DNA of 64,000 bases from Candidatus Omnitrophota bacterium (GTDB taxonomy: Bacteria > Omnitrophota > Gorgyraeia > JAFGGP01): NCBI GenBank assembly GCA_016930485.1, contig JAFGGP010000050.1, positions 15,370 to 79,369 of the forward strand, given 5' to 3'. The position numbers and the translations under genes are program-made. The first letter of the stretch is position 1; each line of letters begins with the position of its first letter. The notes under the pieces were generated by a model. It was not told the DNA's origin and searched no databases. It worked only from the letters and a program-made list of their open reading frames with translations. Below, one piece after another: positions 58,649 to 64,000 of the stretch.

Positions 58649-59656
58649 ATGGCAAACATGAAAAAGACATACGGCGTAACGTTTAAGATAGCGGATGTCA
58701 TCGTTAAAATAAAAAGCCGTTTTCCCATGGCCCCGCCCGGTGATAACGCGCAGGGCCACGAAATTAACAGTATGTTTTTACCCTTTGTCTACACCGGAGA
58801 CCGTAAACCGCACATAGCCATCGATGTCGAGGTGGCCAGGAACCTTCCGGATATACCGCCAGGGGCAAAGGAGCTCTTTCACGCGAATCACCAGGGAGAG
58901 GGTGCGAGTTGGAGGCTGTTTCAAAACAGCAAGGGCTTCATATACCGGGGTTCTGGAGTTACAAGAGAGCAGATAGCAACTATCAATCCCCGGTTTACCC
59001 GGATAGAGTGCACTCTGTTGGCCAGGGATTGCACGCATTGCCCCGGAGAGGCGACCAGAAAGGTCATACAGGAAAATAACGGCATGGTATGGTTTTTGTT
59101 TGACGTTGCCTATGATTTTCTGCAGATACTGCTTTTGCAGTATCTTTCCCGGGGGGGTCGGGCAATCATGCCCCACGCGGCCGGGATTCGGGATGCCACC
59201 GGCGACGGGTTTCTCTTTGCCGGAAAGTCAGGGAGCGGTAAGACCACAACAGCCAAACTGTGGGCCAGATACACAAAGGCAACTGTACTCAACGACGACA
59301 GGGTCATTATTAAACAGCGCGGGAAAAGATTTTTTATATACCCCTCACCATGGAGCGGGCAGTTTCAGAATTCTCCGTGGACGCCCCTTTGTGCGGCACC
59401 GCTCAAAAATATATACTTTATTCATCACGCACCTGAAAATATCTTGACCGGGCTTTCTGAAAAGGAGGCGTTTACTCTTTTGTGGCAAGTGATGTTTCCA
59501 CCTTTTTGGGATAGGGGGGCGTTAGAACACACTCTCTCTTTCTGTCACAGGCTGAGCAGGGATGTTGCCTGCCACCGGCTTGGCTTTATCAATAACAGGG
59601 CTATTATCGATTTTGTGCGTACAGCGAATACACAAACCATGAATGAACTATACTAA
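58649..59656 (+). CDS. HPr kinase-related (HprK C-terminal domain-like) P-loop protein
   Basis: 335 aa. Walker A FAGKSGSGKTTTA is followed by VLNDDRVII, resembling the HprK-like kinases of peptide natural-product clusters. Confidence 0.6.
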   Translation: MANMKKTYGVTFKIADVIVKIKSRFPMAPPGDNAQGHEINSMFLPFVYTGDRKPHIAIDVEVARNLPDIPPGAKELFHANHQGEGASWRLFQNSKGFIYRGSGVTREQIATINPRFTRIECTLLARDCTHCPGEATRKVIQENNGMVWFLFDVAYDFLQILLLQYLSRGGRAIMPHAAGIRDATGDGFLFAGKSGSGKTTTAKLWARYTKATVLNDDRVIIKQRGKRFFIYPSPWSGQFQNSPWTPLCAAPLKNIYFIHHAPENILTGLSEKEAFTLLWQVMFPPFWDRGALEHTLSFCHRLSRDVACHRLGFINNRAIIDFVRTANTQTMNELY

Positions 59657-59807
59657 CACATTATGGCTCATTTCGCCTCGGCCAAAACGCTCGGTAAATC
59701 TCTTCGATGTTTACCCTCGCTGGCTCGAGGCATACATTCGCCCCCGCTGATTCGTTTTGAGAAGTAAAACGAATCAAAACGACGGGGGCTCATTTAAAGG
59801 AGGGTAT

Positions 59808-60020
59808 ATGTCTCAACAGAAAGAATTTAAACCTGTTATAACTCGCGTGGAGCTTAGCCCCGAACAGGCGGTGCTGCAGTGCAGTTGTTACACTAGTGGC
59901 AGGGTATGGAATAAAGTGAAATTGCCCGGTACGGACGCTTATGCCTGTTCCGACTATAACGTTAAGCAGCTCACCTCCGGGTGGGTACCCTATGATGTTG
60001 GGGTTTCAGGTTCTTCGTAG
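59808..60020 (+). CDS. Candidate RiPP precursor peptide 1 (70 aa)
   Basis: MSQQKEFKPVITRVELSPEQAVLQCSCYTSGRVWNKVKLPGTDAYACSDYNVKQLTSGWVPYDVGVSGSS. SD AAAGGAGGG lies before the ATG at 59808. Its N-terminal 33 residues are about 70% identical to the ORF at 61576. Confidence 0.6.
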   Translation: MSQQKEFKPVITRVELSPEQAVLQCSCYTSGRVWNKVKLPGTDAYACSDYNVKQLTSGWVPYDVGVSGSS

Positions 60021-60095
60021 AAATGAGATCCTTGATAAAGAAGACAAGGTATCAGAAGGGATGGGTGTTTCCAAAAAGAAACGATACGGCTTACC

Positions 60096-61475
60096 ATGCA
60101 AACAGATAATGACACTATTACCATAGGATATTTCGACTGGTTGGCAAGTGAGTTTATCAGTGCTATTGTGCTACGTGATACCTTTGTTAGGGGGCTATCG
60201 CGTTATGTAACTATTGTGCCTATTCCAATTACACGGCCTGATGAAGTAAAGGAGCATTACAGACGCATCGGTGAATACGGATTAGATTATCTGTATGTTG
60301 ACATGTTTAACTCCTTCATAGAATCGTTTATAGTACGGGAGGCATTAGGGAGCCGTATCCGGTTTATCGTGCATTGCCATGCGGCACTTTCATGGATATC
60401 CAGATATATGTATGTGCTTCCACTTTTGCGAAGCTCAGATATTTTGTGTACCCCGTCGCACTACGCACAAAAGTCGCTGCGCCTTCTTTCCCCACGATTT
60501 GAATCCTACCGTGTTCCATACTGTCTTGATGTATGTGCTATCCAATCGAGTTTGCCAAAAGTGCCCCGTGCACACAAAAAATCCATTGCTTTTATGGGCA
60601 GGCTCGTTCCTTCGAAGGGTATTGGCCTTTTGATTGAATGCATGCCTGAGATTATACAGCGTGTGGGAGATACACAACTTACTATCATAGGACCTCTGAG
60701 TGGCGAAGGAAAAAGCGACCGACCTATGTCGCCGTATGTTGTTTCTCTCAAACGACTTGTGCACGAGCTTCATTTAGAAGAAAATATCCATTTTGCAGGT
60801 GCGTGTTTTGGTCCTGAAAAATACCAATTACTTGCTCATTCAGATCTTTTTATAAACCCCACATGCACGCTTGATGATACCTTTTCCGTGTGCAATATAG
60901 AGGCCTTTGCCTGTGGGATACCGGTTATCACCACTGACTGGGCAGCACACAGAGAGATCATTACGCATGAGAAAACGGGTTTTCTCATAGGCGTTCGGTG
61001 CGATGAAATTGAGTCCGAAAGAGTTGCGGAAAAAGAGCAGTTGATTTCTGCCGCGGTTAACCTGCTTTCCGATGAAACGCTTTGTTCCACAATGGGGCAG
61101 AATGCCTATAAAGAGGCGCTTCGTTATGACTACGCTACTGTCTTACCCGATTTTATTCAGCACTTAAAAAAACAGATGCCAACAGCCGGTGGCATTGGAT
61201 GGGAGTCGGTTAAAGATAAGACACTATGCGATTTTAAAGACCTGTTCAACACAGAAATGCATTTTTTTCTTCACATTGATCATCATATGCGTTCTAGAAC
61301 TTTTTCTGATTTGTATAATCTGTGTACCTCAAGAAAAAAAAGAAGGGTCACTGCCGAGGAGATTGATAACGTGAAACATAAAACACAGGCGGATGAGTTG
61401 CTTGAGAAAATAAGGCGGGATTTTCTGTATTCTCTTTTGCCTGAGGAAAATCGTTGTGCCTTAATCCAAGAATAG
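60096..61475 (+). CDS. GT4-like (GT-B fold) glycosyltransferase 1
   Basis: 459 aa with a FMGRLVPSKGI segment and the C-terminal donor-binding motif FINPT...CNIEAFACGIPVITTDWAAHREIITHEKTGFLI. Confidence 0.75.
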   Translation: MQTDNDTITIGYFDWLASEFISAIVLRDTFVRGLSRYVTIVPIPITRPDEVKEHYRRIGEYGLDYLYVDMFNSFIESFIVREALGSRIRFIVHCHAALSWISRYMYVLPLLRSSDILCTPSHYAQKSLRLLSPRFESYRVPYCLDVCAIQSSLPKVPRAHKKSIAFMGRLVPSKGIGLLIECMPEIIQRVGDTQLTIIGPLSGEGKSDRPMSPYVVSLKRLVHELHLEENIHFAGACFGPEKYQLLAHSDLFINPTCTLDDTFSVCNIEAFACGIPVITTDWAAHREIITHEKTGFLIGVRCDEIESERVAEKEQLISAAVNLLSDETLCSTMGQNAYKEALRYDYATVLPDFIQHLKKQMPTAGGIGWESVKDKTLCDFKDLFNTEMHFFLHIDHHMRSRTFSDLYNLCTSRKKRRVTAEEIDNVKHKTQADELLEKIRRDFLYSLLPEENRCALIQE

Positions 61476-61575
61476 GTTGATTCCGCGTCAGAGCGCGCAA
61501 TAACAGAAAACTCTTCTCAGCAGGATCGAATAGTATAGACGTCAGCAATGAAATTTCTACATAAAGGAGGACAGC

Positions 61576-61773
61576 ATGCCTCGTAAAATGAAATTCCGGC
61601 CTGTTGTTACACGCGTAGAACTCAGCCCTGAACAGGCGGTATTGGCGTGCGCTTGTTATAGTTCCGGCCATGTGATAAATACCGCAGGCCACGGAACTTC
61701 TGGTTCCGCTTGTGTGTATGCCACAAAGACCACTCAAAACGGCTACTATGACGGTGATGCAACTTCCACATAA
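61576..61773 (+). CDS. Candidate RiPP precursor peptide 2 (65 aa)
   Basis: MPRKMKFRPVVTRVELSPEQAVLACACYSSGHVINTAGHGTSGSACVYATKTTQNGYYDGDATST. SD AAAGGAGGA. Paralog of 59808..60020. Confidence 0.6.
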   Translation: MPRKMKFRPVVTRVELSPEQAVLACACYSSGHVINTAGHGTSGSACVYATKTTQNGYYDGDATST

Positions 61774-61895
61774 GAAGAGAGCCGTTTTTAAGACGCTTAA
61801 CCGTGCAGTCTAACTACGCACTGGTTGAGAAGGCAACGCGGTAGCTTAATCAAGGCCTTGTTCATGTCACACAAGCCGGTCTTCGCAAGAAAATT

Positions 61896-63476
61896 ATGAA
61901 GTCTTATATATTAAAAAAAGATTATGAGGACGTTTCTCTGGAAGGCCGGGAAAATTTCCGTATTACCTCCGGCAATTCCGTAATTGCGTATAAAAACTGC
62001 TTTTTTTCATATATCCAAAGGCATGCCCCGATCATTTCCATTGATGAGACAATCGACAAAGAGGAGTTGAGGCGCATCTTGGAGGCGCCGAGGGCCATAT
62101 TGATCTCTGTTAATAAAACGCCGCGAACCGAGCTTTTGAGAGGCGTTCGGCTACGGCATATGACGCTCTCTCTCGGGACCCTGTTATGTCCGCAGTATCT
62201 GTATGAGATCTGCGGTCTTTCTTCGGCAGAGACGCACCTGCTCTCTACCCAGTTTCAGGCGCAGAGGTTGCAACAGGTTCTTGGCGCGTATTTTCCTCAT
62301 ACTGCCGTGTTTCCCCCGCGCATCGATACAGACTTTTTTGTACCACCGGCTAAAAGACAGAGGGCAGATGCCCGGAAAAGACAGGGTATTCACCAGGGAG
62401 AAACCCATATAGTGTATGCGGGCAGGTGGCTTGTTGACAAGGGGATCTGTCAGATCCTGCGTATGTTAGAAGTCTGGCACCCTGACAGGTGCGTCTTTAC
62501 CTTTGCCGGCAATGTCGACGAAGAGCAGAATATCTCAAACACGCATTATGACCACAGGGGTTTCGGCACCTTTCTTGCCGGTGAAGTCAGCCGGTGCCGG
62601 AATAAAAACGTACGCTTTCAGAAGGCGAAAAAGCCGGAAGAACTCAGAGAGCTTTTCTGGTCGGCCGACATGTTTATTAATCCTTCGATCCAGCCGGATG
62701 AGAACTTCGGCGTTACGGCGCGTGAGGCAGTCGCATGCGGGGTGCCGGTGGTAACGACCAATTTCTGCGGCCTCACACCCCTGGCCGATGCCATGCCCTG
62801 GGGTGGGGTCGATACATATCCCACGCGCCATGGTTCCCGTTTCAGTCTCAGGGCCCTATACCAGACGCTGAGGAGCGCACTGAAGGATACGGGCGGAGTA
62901 TCGTCTACCTTTCTTCGTTCATATGTACTGAAAGAGTGCGATGAGGAGACGGCCCGGAAAACAGTGGCCGAATCTCTGAGGCGGGTTTCCAGCATGCCTG
63001 CCGAGCTGCCGCGTGACAGAAACGAGGTTGAACGCGATATCAAACGGGTGCTGTGGGAGAAAGCAGATACCCGTGCGCTTTCGTTAGTTATAGAGGGAAG
63101 GCGCAAGAAGACGGAGGGGTTATATAACGGGGTAGATGGGGAGGCACTCTCTAGTTATGACGGCGAGTGTCTCCATCATGCCTTTCCGCTGGTGCAGGGG
63201 TTGTATTCATCGGCGACTGCCCCGCCGGTTGCCGCCAAAGACAGCAAGTGGCGGGGGTTTTTTCGTATCGGGCTCTGGGAAAAAGAACGGGCCGTTGTTG
63301 AGTTTAGCTTTCCTGCCTGGCGCTTCAGGAAGTATACGGCCACAGAATGGAGTAGTCTGACCGGTTGCCTCATTCAAGAGAAAGGTGGGGACTCTATCTT
63401 TATGCCCCGCGGGAAGAAACAGTTATCGCTGGTGCAGGGCCTGATCGATGCCGGGTATCTTGTGTCTGACTTTTGA
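61896..63476 (+). CDS. GT4-like glycosyltransferase 2 with C-terminal extension
   Basis: 526 aa with YAGRWLVDKGI and FINPSIQPDENFGVTAREAVACGVPVVTTNF, followed by an uncharacterised tail of about 170 aa. Confidence 0.65.
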   Translation: MKSYILKKDYEDVSLEGRENFRITSGNSVIAYKNCFFSYIQRHAPIISIDETIDKEELRRILEAPRAILISVNKTPRTELLRGVRLRHMTLSLGTLLCPQYLYEICGLSSAETHLLSTQFQAQRLQQVLGAYFPHTAVFPPRIDTDFFVPPAKRQRADARKRQGIHQGETHIVYAGRWLVDKGICQILRMLEVWHPDRCVFTFAGNVDEEQNISNTHYDHRGFGTFLAGEVSRCRNKNVRFQKAKKPEELRELFWSADMFINPSIQPDENFGVTAREAVACGVPVVTTNFCGLTPLADAMPWGGVDTYPTRHGSRFSLRALYQTLRSALKDTGGVSSTFLRSYVLKECDEETARKTVAESLRRVSSMPAELPRDRNEVERDIKRVLWEKADTRALSLVIEGRRKKTEGLYNGVDGEALSSYDGECLHHAFPLVQGLYSSATAPPVAAKDSKWRGFFRIGLWEKERAVVEFSFPAWRFRKYTATEWSSLTGCLIQEKGGDSIFMPRGKKQLSLVQGLIDAGYLVSDF

Positions 63477-63488
63477 ATAACAGCATTA

Positions 63489-63636
63489 GTCACACGTAGC
63501 ACGTTGCAGGTAACACGTCGCACGTAACGCAGGAAAGGCACAATCAGTTTCCGCGGGACGTGATACTTGTTATGTTTACTTGATGCGGATAATATAGAAC
63601 CTGATACCTGCTACGTGATACTTGATAAAATGAAAC
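63489..63636. repeat. Heptamer-unit imperfect hairpin (CACGTAN arm / NTACGTG-GATAC arm)
   Basis: TCACACGTAGCACGTTGCAGGTAACACGTCGCACGTAACGCAGG ... GACGTGATACTTG...CTACGTGATACTTGAT. Confidence 0.65.
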
Positions 63637-63639
63637 ACA

Positions 63640-63756
63640 TATCATATAAAAACTTCAGTCTGAAAACCCATCAGAAAAACTGGCACCTCAGGCAGAAAAG
63701 TTTTGGATTTAGTTTTTTGATGGATTCCGCATCGAGTGCGGAATGACAGAAAATAA
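63640..63756 (+). other. 38-codon relic duplicating the 5' end of radical SAM 3
   Basis: MKHISYKNFSLKTHQKNWH... The first 57 nt are about 84% identical to 63834..63890. The frame then runs into repeat sequence and stops. Confidence 0.5.
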
Positions 63757-63833
63757 TATGTCATCCCGGACGCCTATGGTGAGTGCAGTCGAACCATAAT
63801 CCGGGATCCATTGCAGACAGCGAGACATAAGGC
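63697..63833. repeat. Hairpin-module element (GGATTCCGCA...TGCGGAATGAC and GTCATCCCGGA...TCCGGGATCC)
   Basis: Two stem-loops share stem sequences with the internal hairpins at 49655-49760. Lies between the two copies of the radical SAM 3 5' end. Confidence 0.75.
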
Positions 63834-64000
63834 ATGAAGAACATATCATACAGAGAGTTTAGTCTACAAACCCATCAGAAAAACTGGCGCGCCGGGCGGC
63901 CGAATGTTTGCCAGTTTGAGTTAACTTTTCGGTGTCCTCTACGCTGCAAGCACTGTTACTGCAGTTGCTATAATAACGGCCGCGATGTAGCTCGGGAGCT
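63834..64000 (+). CDS. Radical SAM peptide maturase (paralog 3), 5' partial, runs off the window
   Basis: MKNISYREFSLQTHQKNWRAGRPNVCQFELTFRCPLRCKHCY. Same ELT(Y/F)RCxxxCxHCY N-terminal architecture as paralogs 1 and 2. Confidence 0.75.
   Translation, partial: MKNISYREFSLQTHQKNWRAGRPNVCQFELTFRCPLRCKHCYCSCYNNGRDVARE

Noticed and set aside
63640-63756. 38-aa ORF as an independent gene or third precursor peptide
   Set aside because: Its first 19 codons duplicate the radical SAM 3 N-terminus and the remainder is repeat-derived. It is more likely a relic of element insertion.
52185-64000. Classifying the cluster as a lasso peptide cluster
   Set aside because: HprK-like kinase, PF14907 and PqqD are lasso-associated. 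However, no asparagine-synthetase-like cyclase or transglutaminase-like B2 protease is present, and radical SAM enzymes dominate instead.
1-64000. Prophage, IS element, integron or defence island
   Set aside because: No integrase, transposase, recombinase, phage structural, toxin-antitoxin, restriction-modification or cas-like ORFs were recognisable anywhere in the window.

Overview
Gene-dense bacterial chromosomal segment with about 60 credible CDS, all but two on the + strand. I found no rRNA, tRNA, CRISPR array, transposase or integrase. The organism cannot be named from the sequence; the tsaC/LMW-phosphatase/rpiB/glyA gene order and the repeat style suggest an uncultured anaerobic or candidate-phylum lineage (low confidence). 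Housekeeping content includes corA, carB, a cold-shock gene, an NfeD/SPFH pair, a MarR-controlled LplT-PlsC-Aas fusion operon, aldolases, and a long purine operon (purB-purC-purSL-purQ-purF-purM-purD-purE) followed by tsaC, an LMW phosphatase, rpiB, glyA and nrdR. Three things stand out. (1) At 52.2-64.0 kb there is a RiPP-like peptide maturation cluster. It has three paralogous radical SAM/SPASM enzymes, a PqqD-type recognition protein, an HprK-like kinase, an S26-like peptidase, a PF14907-like nucleotidyltransferase, a GT39 and two GT4-like glycosyltransferases. It also has two paralogous small Cys-containing precursor-like ORFs with a conserved N-terminal region. (2) A family of hairpin elements built from degenerate 7-nt tandem units fills almost every intergenic gap of the pur operon. 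The same heptamer arrays sit in-frame inside two of the radical SAM genes, and a four-helix-bundle (23S IVS-type) ORF lies in the loop of one element. (3) At 5.3-11.3 kb, three LysW-like zinc-ribbon proteins with acidic tails are clustered with a PurD-like ATP-grasp enzyme, an S66 LD-carboxypeptidase and a second ATP-grasp-like protein, without the canonical LysXYZJK set. Several near-consensus promoters, intrinsic terminators and candidate leaders are also listed.
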